This document shows positions 9,716 through 19,098 of a stretch of DNA of 64,000 bases, piece by piece (the stretch's first letter is position 1; every line of letters starts with the position of its first letter). The DNA is from a virus. Where the stretch lies: the IMG/VR virus record IMGVR_UViG_3300030099_006533; one strand, given 5' to 3'. The translations under genes were made by a program, and so were the position numbers. The notes beneath the pieces are model-generated. The model was not told the DNA's origin. It saw only the letters and a program-made list of their open reading frames with translations, and did not search any database.

Positions 9716-12700
9716 GTGGGACACAATTATCTCTCCGGTTCTGTTACACTGGGCGAAACCGGATCCATTCAGATCACAGGTTCGTTCTATGGAGCCTTTG
9801 CCGGCGATGGAACCGGCATTACGACGATACCGTTTAGTTCAGTATATTCTATTCTGAATCCTGGCACAGATCGTGTTTTAACAACTAGAGATTCAAGTGG
9901 CAATAGTTTTGAGGGCCACCCAGGGTTTACCTATTCTGAATCAAGTAAACAATTAACCATTTCGGCATCTAGTCACCCCTTAATACTTCAAGGTTTGCAG
10001 TCTGCTACGCTGCCAAACACTTCAAGTTATTTGGCCTTAGATCCATCGACCAACCGCGTAGTCCTTACAAGCTCCGCACAAGGCGGAGGAGGGTCCGGGG
10101 GAACAATTGGTGCTGCTGAAGATGGCGATTATACTGATGGCCTGTATACCGACTTCACAACATCTACACCAGTTGGCACGCCAATTGACAGGTTTAATGA
10201 AGTTTTAAAAATTTTAGCGCCATCACCCGCACCAGTTGTCCGCTCTATTGATGAAGACGTTACAGACGGGGTTGCAGCTAAGCTTTCATTTGGAGCTAGC
10301 AATGCAATTCCAGGGTTCACAGCGGTCTCTACTGCAGCCGGCTTCGGAGCAAAAACAAGAAACCAGTCTTATCAAGCTGAAACATCCGGCTCCAACATTC
10401 GTTTAGGTGTCTATGAGAATACACAAACAATTACCGGTGACGTAAACAATAATGTTGCTCGCAATGAAACCAATGGCTTTTTAGCTTATGCTTCTGGCTC
10501 GTTTACGAACGCAGACGAGGGAACGCTAAAACTAGAAGTCAACGGCAGCGTAATCCACTCAGTTGACTTATCATCGTTTACAGGAGCAGGCAACCCCGCA
10601 ACAGGTTCCGCTAGTTCGCTTACAGGCAACTCCGGGTTTGTAAACGTTTCGACTGCTGCATCAAGTTTCGACGGGAACGGCGCAGAGTGGTACATCTTTA
10701 AACACAGAACCGCCAAATATCAAATCCATCCAGACGACATGAGGAATGGCTGGAACTACGCTAGAGTTCTGCACACTGTCGGTGGAATTGATCGTGAGAC
10801 AAACTATATTGAGTGGGTAAACGATCCATCTGGTTCTTCTAACAACTTGGCCGCTGCAAATGAAAGAATTGAAGACATTACTCTTGCTGGCTCAAAGTAT
10901 CTTTCTGGTGTACGCTACAACACAGGGGCTACGGCAAACTACAAAGTCGATGTTTCAAACATGTACCAGAACGTGTTCCCGGCTTCAGGCACTCCGGTCG
11001 GCTTTACAGTAGGCAACTCTTCTACACCATCGGCCCAAGCGGTATCAGATTTATCATCCGGCCAAAATCAAGATCAGGTTTTGCGTCTTACAGCTAGTTT
11101 GTCAGTAAATGTTGATAACTTGCTAGATGGAGCGGTTACGGCAAATGTCACAGCCACTCACCCTCTCAAGAGTACACTATCAAATGCCGGCTCGGCAACT
11201 ACTGGTGACGGCTTCTTGATTGATAACAGAACTCTTGCTAGTTCCAACTTGGTTGAACGGTTCCACGACGAATCTTACAGAAAACAGTCAGGCAGTTATG
11301 ATACGCAAGCGAACGCTTCTGGAAATGGTACGGACTGGACGTCCAGCAACCATATGTTGGCTACGGGCTCTGCTGGGCACACAGATGGCCTTATCATGTT
11401 CGATCAGAACTTGTACAGCCCTGCAGCTTCCAGCTTGCCAAACAGCGGCGACTTCAGCGCCATGTCTAATGTAGAAGCCGGCCAGCCTGACTACTCAGGC
11501 GTTACTGGCCTTAGAACGTTCTATCGCAAGATTCAAAACACTAGTGGTGCTGCAATCCGCGATATGAAGATTACGTCCGACAAGGGTAGTGCACAGATTG
11601 TTAGTGATGCTACGTCCTTGTCAGGACAAACAAATAAGATTAAAGTATATGCAAAGATTCCGGCCACAACTGGGTGGATGGATATTTCACAAGACTTTGC
11701 GTATGGAAGCATTGCCGACGCCGCCGGCGCTCTTATTAACGGAGCCAGCGACAACGCAAATGTCAATCACACAGATGACAGTGTTCACTGTATTACATTC
11801 GGCTCAGCCTCAGTAGCAGATAACGATTATGTGATGTTAAAGGTGCTTGCTGGCGCTGATTGGGAAGGTCAAATTGGGCAACTAAACTTCCAACTTGGCG
11901 CATCAGATGTGTCGGCCCCCACAGAAGCTCCTCAATTAGACGATATTGAAACAGATTCAGCAGGAGTATCCGACGCAAATCTTTCATTCGGTTCTTCTAA
12001 CTCAATTACAGGATATACGCCCGCAACAGGCTCCGCTCTTAGTTTGACAGATTACGACTCAAACGATAACTACAATTCAAGTGGTGATCGCCTAGGGGTC
12101 TTCTCATCAAAAGGTAACATTGTCGGAGATCTGAATGATGACGTCACTGCCAGCGGCCAGAACTACCCAGCAAATTCTTTTAAAGACGCATATGATGGAA
12201 GACTACAATTGTATGTAAACGGAAGAGTGGTGCATCAACTTGATCTTACCTCAACCGTAAACGCGATAACAAACGATTTTAACGCGAATAGTTCAGGGTT
12301 TAGTGTATCTGCCCTCAATTGGAGCAAAACATCAGATCTAATCCCAGACTATACAAAACCATACAGAACTGGCACATTCCAAATTGGTGCCGACGATCAA
12401 GATTTAGGCTTCAACACAGCACGAGTGGTTCACACGACCGATGGTGGCAGCACTACCACAAACTATATCGAGTGGGTTGTTGATACAGATGCCAATGCAC
12501 TATCTTCTGCAAATGTCGCGTTAACAAACTTCGACCATTCAGACATCTACTACCAGTCAGGTGTAAGATACTTCGCTTCTCAGCCAAGCGCTTCCTACAC
12601 ATACGACGCATCTAATGTATACAGAAACGTTTTCCAAGATGGAACAGCTGTATCGTTCCCAACAACTACAAATTGCTCAATCAGCAACATTAGAATTGTC

Positions 12701-13690
12701 GGTTCTGGTGTCGCCACTCTAAACACAGCAGCAGCTTCAGTAAGCCTGCCGAACCTCAACAATACTGCTAACTGCGAAGCAGCAAACATCGAGGTGACCG
12801 GTACGGTGTTGTTTGACAATACAACCTCCATTTCAGGCGGCTTAGGCTTGTTCACTGATGTGGATGCAACCGTTACTTCTAGAATCCTGCACCCACTAAA
12901 AACAAACCTATCAACGGCCTCACAGTCTAAAACATCATTCATGTATCATTCAGGCACGATTGGGAGCACCACACTAGGTGCACAAGAGTACTTTGGGCTG
13001 GAAACATATCGAGTGCAGTCTGGTAGTTACGCGAACCAAGCAGCAGTAACAGATGCAGCACAAGCATGGGATTCTGAAATCTCTGTTAACGATACTGTTT
13101 CGTATGCTGCATATGCTGATGGTTTAGTGACAGCAAATGGTTATCTAATCTCTCCACTACAGATTGGTAATGCTGGTGATACAAGAAACGCGGCCGATGG
13201 TGGTTCGCTACAAGCCCCTGCAGGAAGCCCGAACTACTCAACGCTCACTAACTCAACCAGAACATACTACAGATACTTTAGAAACACAACGGGTGTGGCA
13301 AAAGCGACGTTTACAATTACATTATACGGTGATGCAAACTTGTGTGCCAAGTCGGGTGCGTTCTACACAGGCACCCCTGGAGCAAACAAAAACATCAATG
13401 TGGAGCTAAAGGTTCCGTTTGATCCTGCGTTTACTGGCGGCGATGACACCTCTACAGCATGGGGTGATTGCATCAAGCCGTACTCAGCAGGAACCCAGCC
13501 AGACACTGATGGCGTCGGTATCTTTAACGGCGGAGGCTCTGACTTGACTACAACAGTGCCCGGTAGCGGCCGCGCTGTAGCCATTCAGTTGCAGCAAAAG
13601 CAAGTCAGAAACAACCAATACTTTGTTGTCAAGATTACGGCACACGAAGATTGGACTGGATACCTATCTAGGATTGGGATAACTTACTAA
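9716..13690 (+). CDS. Large virion structural protein (1324 aa) with an internal tandem duplication
   Basis: GTG start with GGAGGG SD; two homologous units of about 570 aa. Confidence 0.75.
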   Translation: MGHNYLSGSVTLGETGSIQITGSFYGAFAGDGTGITTIPFSSVYSILNPGTDRVLTTRDSSGNSFEGHPGFTYSESSKQLTISASSHPLILQGLQSATLPNTSSYLALDPSTNRVVLTSSAQGGGGSGGTIGAAEDGDYTDGLYTDFTTSTPVGTPIDRFNEVLKILAPSPAPVVRSIDEDVTDGVAAKLSFGASNAIPGFTAVSTAAGFGAKTRNQSYQAETSGSNIRLGVYENTQTITGDVNNNVARNETNGFLAYASGSFTNADEGTLKLEVNGSVIHSVDLSSFTGAGNPATGSASSLTGNSGFVNVSTAASSFDGNGAEWYIFKHRTAKYQIHPDDMRNGWNYARVLHTVGGIDRETNYIEWVNDPSGSSNNLAAANERIEDITLAGSKYLSGVRYNTGATANYKVDVSNMYQNVFPASGTPVGFTVGNSSTPSAQAVSDLSSGQNQDQVLRLTASLSVNVDNLLDGAVTANVTATHPLKSTLSNAGSATTGDGFLIDNRTLASSNLVERFHDESYRKQSGSYDTQANASGNGTDWTSSNHMLATGSAGHTDGLIMFDQNLYSPAASSLPNSGDFSAMSNVEAGQPDYSGVTGLRTFYRKIQNTSGAAIRDMKITSDKGSAQIVSDATSLSGQTNKIKVYAKIPATTGWMDISQDFAYGSIADAAGALINGASDNANVNHTDDSVHCITFGSASVADNDYVMLKVLAGADWEGQIGQLNFQLGASDVSAPTEAPQLDDIETDSAGVSDANLSFGSSNSITGYTPATGSALSLTDYDSNDNYNSSGDRLGVFSSKGNIVGDLNDDVTASGQNYPANSFKDAYDGRLQLYVNGRVVHQLDLTSTVNAITNDFNANSSGFSVSALNWSKTSDLIPDYTKPYRTGTFQIGADDQDLGFNTARVVHTTDGGSTTTNYIEWVVDTDANALSSANVALTNFDHSDIYYQSGVRYFASQPSASYTYDASNVYRNVFQDGTAVSFPTTTNCSISNIRIVGSGVATLNTAAASVSLPNLNNTANCEAANIEVTGTVLFDNTTSISGGLGLFTDVDATVTSRILHPLKTNLSTASQSKTSFMYHSGTIGSTTLGAQEYFGLETYRVQSGSYANQAAVTDAAQAWDSEISVNDTVSYAAYADGLVTANGYLISPLQIGNAGDTRNAADGGSLQAPAGSPNYSTLTNSTRTYYRYFRNTTGVAKATFTITLYGDANLCAKSGAFYTGTPGANKNINVELKVPFDPAFTGGDDTSTAWGDCIKPYSAGTQPDTDGVGIFNGGGSDLTTTVPGSGRAVAIQLQQKQVRNNQYFVVKITAHEDWTGYLSRIGITY

Positions 13691-14787
13691 TGAGTACAGG
13701 AAAGACCAATACAACATCGACTCAGTTTGCGGCCAAGAAGCTTCTTGGTAAGGCGCACACCTCTAACTTAAAGTCCGATGTTAACGAGTCAGTTCCTTCA
13801 AACGTATCTTTACCTTCTGAAACGATCTTTGGCGAAGCTATTCCCAATGATCCGGGCACCGCTTTTTACACAATGTACAGCGCCTCTGCTGGTGGCCCTG
13901 CTACTGTAGAGCAGGTGTATTTTGATATTGTCTCAATCTCAGACACGATTTACGATGCTGATGATACTGGCGGAGGAGGAGACGAATCCTCTGCTTCAGG
14001 CCCACACGGCTACTACCTAAAGCTTCCAGCCGCATACCAGACGACTTCGTCAAATCCCGCCAAAGGTACCGGCGCTTTCACAAACGGCAAAAGGGTTTAT
14101 GACTCTCGCGGTGCTCTGCAGCTTGTGCCTCCGCTTATCTCAAATGCTAGTCCAAATAGATACTTTCTAAAGTTATACAAGGGTGACCCCGCCGACCCTG
14201 CGAATGAGATTACATCAGGAGACAGTATTGACTGGCAGGTGGATTACTATTCTGGAATCGTCTTCATTCAGGATTATAACGCCTCACAGGTTCCAGTCAC
14301 TGCCTCTGCATATCTGTATGTTGGAGAATATCTAGATGAAAAATTGGCATCAATTTCCGCCTCGGCCGGCGGGGGAACAGTTGATGGCTCTGGTGCAAAT
14401 ACCAGATTAGCTTTTTGGTCTGATGCGGATACACTCACTGCAGACGCGAATTTAACATTTGCCAACAGCACTCTTAGTGTAGACGGTGGCCTTAAATTAA
14501 AAAGAAGAACAGTGACTGCTCACGTCACCGCCTCAGCATCAGATTACTTTATTGGAGTAAACTCATCAGGGGGCTCATTTGATGTTCGTCTTTTAAATGC
14601 TTCTTCGCTTGAAGACGGGCAAACGATTGTTATTAAAGATGAGGGTGGTGCCACAAATACAAACCCCGTAAACATTAGAGCACATCCTGGCCAAACAATT
14701 GATGGCCAACAATCAATTATTTTGGAGTCTCCATTCGCTGCAGTTTCACTGTATAGCAATGGATCGAACGCCTACTTCATTTACTAG
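13690..14787 (+). CDS. Putative fibre/decoration protein with shared C-terminal module
   Basis: C-terminus IKDEGG...QTIDG...LESPFAAVSLYSNGSNAYFIY. Confidence 0.7.
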   Translation: MSTGKTNTTSTQFAAKKLLGKAHTSNLKSDVNESVPSNVSLPSETIFGEAIPNDPGTAFYTMYSASAGGPATVEQVYFDIVSISDTIYDADDTGGGGDESSASGPHGYYLKLPAAYQTTSSNPAKGTGAFTNGKRVYDSRGALQLVPPLISNASPNRYFLKLYKGDPADPANEITSGDSIDWQVDYYSGIVFIQDYNASQVPVTASAYLYVGEYLDEKLASISASAGGGTVDGSGANTRLAFWSDADTLTADANLTFANSTLSVDGGLKLKRRTVTAHVTASASDYFIGVNSSGGSFDVRLLNASSLEDGQTIVIKDEGGATNTNPVNIRAHPGQTIDGQQSIILESPFAAVSLYSNGSNAYFIY

Positions 14788-14981
14788 TTTTTGAATATAT
14801 AATGGGTACTTTTAGTAGAACCAAGCTAATTTAGTAATTTACCGTTAATATCACAGCCGTAAACGTTTTCGGCACTATGTAATGGTGTCCTCGACCGTAA
14901 CATCAAAACATATATGGATTGGTGTATAAACTCCCAATCGGGAAAAGCAATATTAAAATCAAATTTTGGAGGGATTTTTAA

Positions 14982-17438
14982 ATGGCTTATAAATTTCAAT
15001 TAGGCGCCTTTACAGCTTCTGGATCTATTAAGGTCGAGGACAGTTTGGACGCCGGAGCCGGACTTCAGATTTCCGGTTCTGCAGTTCGCACTACAGTCGC
15101 CGAACTGCACACAATCAACCAAGTCGCAGCCGGTTCCGCCGGGGCAGGCAAGGCATTGGTTTTGAATGCAGCAAAAGATATCGGAGGCATCAACGACCTT
15201 TCTGCTTCTGCTTTTGCTACAAGCGAAGGTTACTTCGGTACAGACAACTACAATATCGGTAACGCATCAGTTCCCGACTTCATTACAATGAAGCCCGCAG
15301 TTGTCGAGTTTAAGGATGGTGCTCTTGATGTGGACATTGCTTCACATGATGGCTCCAACGGACTTAAGCTTGGTGGCGCCCTTGTCACTTCAACTGCTGC
15401 TGAGCTTAACAAGCTTGACGGCGCCGGCGCAGATGTTACTGCTGCTAAGTTGACAACTCTTTCTGCTCTTACTGATGCAGAAATTGGCTTCGTCGACGGT
15501 GCGTCCGCTGCCAACTCTGTTGCTAGCAAGGTTGCTGTTCTTGATGGCTCCCGTAAGCTTGTCGGAATTGCCGAACTGTCCGCGTCTGCCGATATTATCG
15601 GTCACCACGGTAAGGTACGTCAGCTTTCACTTGCATACGACGGCGCCGGCGGATCTGAAGGTCACATCAAGCTCGGTGCTGGTGGCGACATGCAGATGGC
15701 CGTGTTCTCTGATGACGCTTACGTCATCAACAACACAGCTGACAAGGACATTGTGTTCCAAGTCAAGAAGGCCGGCGGCTCTAACGTTCAGCCTCTAAGG
15801 GTTGACGGTTCTGAGCACTCAGTTGTGATTAACAAGCTTAGCCTCTCAGGCACACTTGTTACTGCAACTGGCGCAGAGCTTAACATCATGGATGGTGGCA
15901 CATCCGCGTCCTCAGTGACTGTTGCAGATGCTGACCGTCTTGTGCTTAACGATAATGGTACAATGAAGCAGGTTGCAATGACCGATTTCGAGACATACTT
16001 CGAAAGCGCGCTTGACACCTTGAGCAATGTTACCACAGTTGGTGCTCTTAACGCTGGTTCTATTACTTCTGGTTTCGGATCTATCGATAACGGAACAAGC
16101 AAGATTCAGACCGGTGGTGAACTTAAGCTCGACGTTGACATCGCAGCTGCCCCTGCCGTCAACCAGACCGTCTCTGGTCAGGCTGGTGCTATCACCTTTG
16201 GTGCTGGTGCTGACGCTGGTATCGGTGTTTATGATGACAACCTTTACATCGAGTCTAACGTTGATCAAAAGGGTATTGTCTTCAAGGCTCACGACGGCGC
16301 GCAACAGGCTGAGATTGTTTCAATCGACGGCGCTGGTATGGCTATCGAAGATGACAAGGGTATTGTCTTTGGTTCAGATGACGACGTTTCTATCAAGTAC
16401 GACGAAGCGACTTCTGATTCTCTTATGATCCAACAAAACGTTGAAGGCGCCGCTCTTGCCATTGGTTATGCTGCAGATCAGCATGACGACGCAGGTGATC
16501 TATGGGCAATGACCATTGCTGCCGATGGCGGTAAAAAGACATGGGCAAACGACATTGCTTCAAAGGGCTCACCGGTCGAGATGTTCTCGATTACACCACA
16601 CGCAACCGCAACTGAATCAACAGCGGCCTTCGCTGGTCACGTTACAGTTGGTCACGACTTGACTGTTGCTGGCGACCTCACAGTCTCCGGCGATTTCGTC
16701 CAGATGGATGTTACCAAGTTGACTGTTGAAGACCCGCTTATCGAGTTGGCAAGAGGACAGGCTAACAACGTCGACGCTCTTGACATCGGTTTCTTTGGTA
16801 AGTACGGTGATGGTGGTACACATAAGTACGCTGGTCTTTTCCGCGATGCGAATGACTCTGGCAAGTTCCACCTCTTCAAGGATACCGAGGAAGATCTCAC
16901 AGCTGTTACGGCTATCGACAGAAGCGCTTCTGGCTATGCTAAGGCAACTCTTGTTGTAGACGAACTTGACGGTGTTGCCACCAAGGCTAAGGTTACTGAT
17001 AGCTCTGCTAACACTAACTTCGATCTGGTTTTCCACGATGCCTCTAACGGCCTCTTGGAAGATGATGGTGCTTTGACCTACAACCCATCGACTGCCAAGC
17101 TTACAGCTGGAACTTTTGTTGGTAACCTAGAGGGAAGTATTTCCGAGGCTTTAGCTGATACAATCACCAGCGACGATACTCTAAACCCAGCAGATGGCAC
17201 ACTCATTAGAGTTGACGCTTCAAGTGGTGACGTTGTGGTCACGCTTCCGGCGGCTAACGCTGCAGCGGTTGCAGGCCTAGTGCTTAAGATCAAGAGAATT
17301 GACTCTAGTGCTAACAAGGTAACCATCCATCGTGCAGGTAGCGACACCATCGATGGCGGTCACTCAATCGTTCTTGAGTCTGCACTTGCCGGTGTTATGC
17401 TCTTCAGCGATGGTAGCTCTGAATACTACGTCATGTAA
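14982..17438 (+). CDS. Long fibre-like virion protein (818 aa) with shared C-terminal module
   Basis: AELNxxDG repeats (TAAELNKLDG, TGAELNIMDG), DIGFFGKY...YAGLFRDA segment, C-terminus LPAA...IKR...DTIDG...LFSDGS. Confidence 0.75.
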   Translation: MAYKFQLGAFTASGSIKVEDSLDAGAGLQISGSAVRTTVAELHTINQVAAGSAGAGKALVLNAAKDIGGINDLSASAFATSEGYFGTDNYNIGNASVPDFITMKPAVVEFKDGALDVDIASHDGSNGLKLGGALVTSTAAELNKLDGAGADVTAAKLTTLSALTDAEIGFVDGASAANSVASKVAVLDGSRKLVGIAELSASADIIGHHGKVRQLSLAYDGAGGSEGHIKLGAGGDMQMAVFSDDAYVINNTADKDIVFQVKKAGGSNVQPLRVDGSEHSVVINKLSLSGTLVTATGAELNIMDGGTSASSVTVADADRLVLNDNGTMKQVAMTDFETYFESALDTLSNVTTVGALNAGSITSGFGSIDNGTSKIQTGGELKLDVDIAAAPAVNQTVSGQAGAITFGAGADAGIGVYDDNLYIESNVDQKGIVFKAHDGAQQAEIVSIDGAGMAIEDDKGIVFGSDDDVSIKYDEATSDSLMIQQNVEGAALAIGYAADQHDDAGDLWAMTIAADGGKKTWANDIASKGSPVEMFSITPHATATESTAAFAGHVTVGHDLTVAGDLTVSGDFVQMDVTKLTVEDPLIELARGQANNVDALDIGFFGKYGDGGTHKYAGLFRDANDSGKFHLFKDTEEDLTAVTAIDRSASGYAKATLVVDELDGVATKAKVTDSSANTNFDLVFHDASNGLLEDDGALTYNPSTAKLTAGTFVGNLEGSISEALADTITSDDTLNPADGTLIRVDASSGDVVVTLPAANAAAVAGLVLKIKRIDSSANKVTIHRAGSDTIDGGHSIVLESALAGVMLFSDGSSEYYVM

Positions 17439-17453
17439 TATAGCAAAAGTAAG

Positions 17454-17469
17454 TTAATCTTCGGATTAA
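17454..17469 (+). other. C(UUCG)G tetraloop hairpin in the 3' UTR
   Basis: TTAATC-TTCG-GATTAA, a 6-bp stem. Confidence 0.6.
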
Positions 17470-17488
17470 TAAACTGCCAAATAAACTT

Positions 17489-17520
17489 AGGGGCCCCTCT
17501 TTATGGGGGGTCCCTTTTTA
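17489..17520 (+). terminator. Rho-independent terminator
   Basis: AGGGGCCCCTC-TTTAT-GGGGGGTCCCT followed by a T tract. Confidence 0.8.
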
Positions 17521-17545
17521 TTTGTGTTCTATTTAATGAGACTCT

Positions 17546-17553
17546 ACTATTTA
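17546..17553 (+). promoter_or_regulatory. Putative late promoter motif ACTATTTA
   Basis: Directly after the terminator, upstream of 17588. Confidence 0.62.
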
Positions 17554-17587
17554 TAAAAGAGCCACTTCTGGACTTGGAAGGATATAA

Positions 17588-19021
17588 ATGTCATACAACC
17601 TTTTGTCTGGTTCCATTGAGTTTATTGGATCAGAACTTGGCGAAATTGAAGATATTGTAAACACCCATGGTGCTCAAACAGTATCCGGCGCCAAAACATT
17701 CACAAACATTACAGCATCAGGCGGTGCAATTGTTACAGGCGGAGCTTTACAAATTGCTACGGCCCTGCGCCATTATGGTGATGCAAACACAGAAGTCAGT
17801 TTCACACCAGATGTGGTTACAGTCAATGCCGCAGGCTCAGCATTAATTCAGGCCGATGGTGTACAAAATAAAGTAACAATCAATAATGACGAAGATGACA
17901 TAAACTTTGTAGTCAACACAGGTGTTGGTTCGCACGGCCTACTTGTTAACGGACAATATTCAACAGTTAAGATCGGTAGTCACGATCCTGCCTCAGAAAA
18001 CAAAAACATACTTCTTCATATCAGTAGCTCAAACTTCCCCCACTCAGCTTCATTGCTTTCAGTAGGCAGAAAGAACAACCCAGTACTTGCTGTTTCAGGC
18101 GGAGCCAACGCAGCAGATTGGAGAGTGGTTGTATCTGGTACGCTGTACACAAATAGTAATATTGAAGCAGCCGGCCAGATTACTGGTTCGCTTGGACTGA
18201 AGGGCGAAATTAAAAACTTGGGCAACGGCCTCACGCATGTTTCAGATGGTGCTGACTTAAACCTTACAGTAAATGCAAACAGCACAGACAATAATAGATT
18301 AGGCATCGCAGTTGCAGCAAACGGTGTTGGTCTAAATGTTGCAGGGTTGACAGAAGAAGGTTCACTAAACACAGACGCCGTTCAGCCAGATTGGGTTATT
18401 GTTGCTGATAATGATGGTGCTGGTGGATATACAAATAAAAAACAAAAAGTATCCGTACTATTGGGTGATACCTTATCGACTGTAGCGAATGTGGGAACAG
18501 GTGCTGGTATCTACAATACAGTGGTTAGCAGACAAGTAAGGCTTCGCAGTATCAAAGGCGATACAAAGCTTGTACAAGCATCAATAGATAGCAATAGTGT
18601 ACAGATTGCGCAAGTAGATAATCCGCGAATCCTGGCCCTTACCTCTTCGAATACAGTATTCAGTGGCTCACACCGAAGCGAACATGTAGTTACGAACATC
18701 ACTTCACACGGACAAAATGTAAACTTGACATTTCCGCAAGCAAGATATCAAGTTTTTAATGCGCAGGGAAATGCATATGACGCCACTGCGTCACTACCAC
18801 AAATTACAGCAGACAATGTTGGCATGATTTTCAACATCAAGTTTTTAAGCACGGAGGATTGCTTAATTACTGGCTCTGCAGGTGCTGACGACCTAATTGA
18901 TGGCGCCGAAAATGTATCAATGGGTTCGGGAAACCCCGGAGCAGCAAAGTTCAAAGAACTGCTTGCTGTAGATATCACAGGGGGCGGTTCATACGAATGG
19001 CTCATCATTGGTGAGAACTAA
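17588..19021 (+). CDS. Putative fibre/decoration protein with a divergent copy of the C-terminal module
   Basis: Beta-rich 477 aa; C-terminus ASLPQI...IFNIK...DLIDG. Confidence 0.7.
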   Translation: MSYNLLSGSIEFIGSELGEIEDIVNTHGAQTVSGAKTFTNITASGGAIVTGGALQIATALRHYGDANTEVSFTPDVVTVNAAGSALIQADGVQNKVTINNDEDDINFVVNTGVGSHGLLVNGQYSTVKIGSHDPASENKNILLHISSSNFPHSASLLSVGRKNNPVLAVSGGANAADWRVVVSGTLYTNSNIEAAGQITGSLGLKGEIKNLGNGLTHVSDGADLNLTVNANSTDNNRLGIAVAANGVGLNVAGLTEEGSLNTDAVQPDWVIVADNDGAGGYTNKKQKVSVLLGDTLSTVANVGTGAGIYNTVVSRQVRLRSIKGDTKLVQASIDSNSVQIAQVDNPRILALTSSNTVFSGSHRSEHVVTNITSHGQNVNLTFPQARYQVFNAQGNAYDATASLPQITADNVGMIFNIKFLSTEDCLITGSAGADDLIDGAENVSMGSGNPGAAKFKELLAVDITGGGSYEWLIIGEN

Positions 19022-19056
19022 AAGGTATTGTAAAATGTCATTTTGGGTTTTTGTGA

Positions 19057-19064
19057 ACTATTTA
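19057..19064 (+). promoter_or_regulatory. Putative late promoter motif ACTATTTA
   Basis: Upstream of the scaffold-MCP operon. Confidence 0.62.
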
Positions 19065-19098
19065 AAAACTGAGAAATTCTATTTTTAGGAGAGTTTGA

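Noticed and set aside
17549-17556. T4-type TATAAATA late promoter on the minus strand driving antisense RNA
   Set aside because: No minus-strand genes, and the conserved core ACTATTTA is consistently oriented and spaced relative to + strand starts
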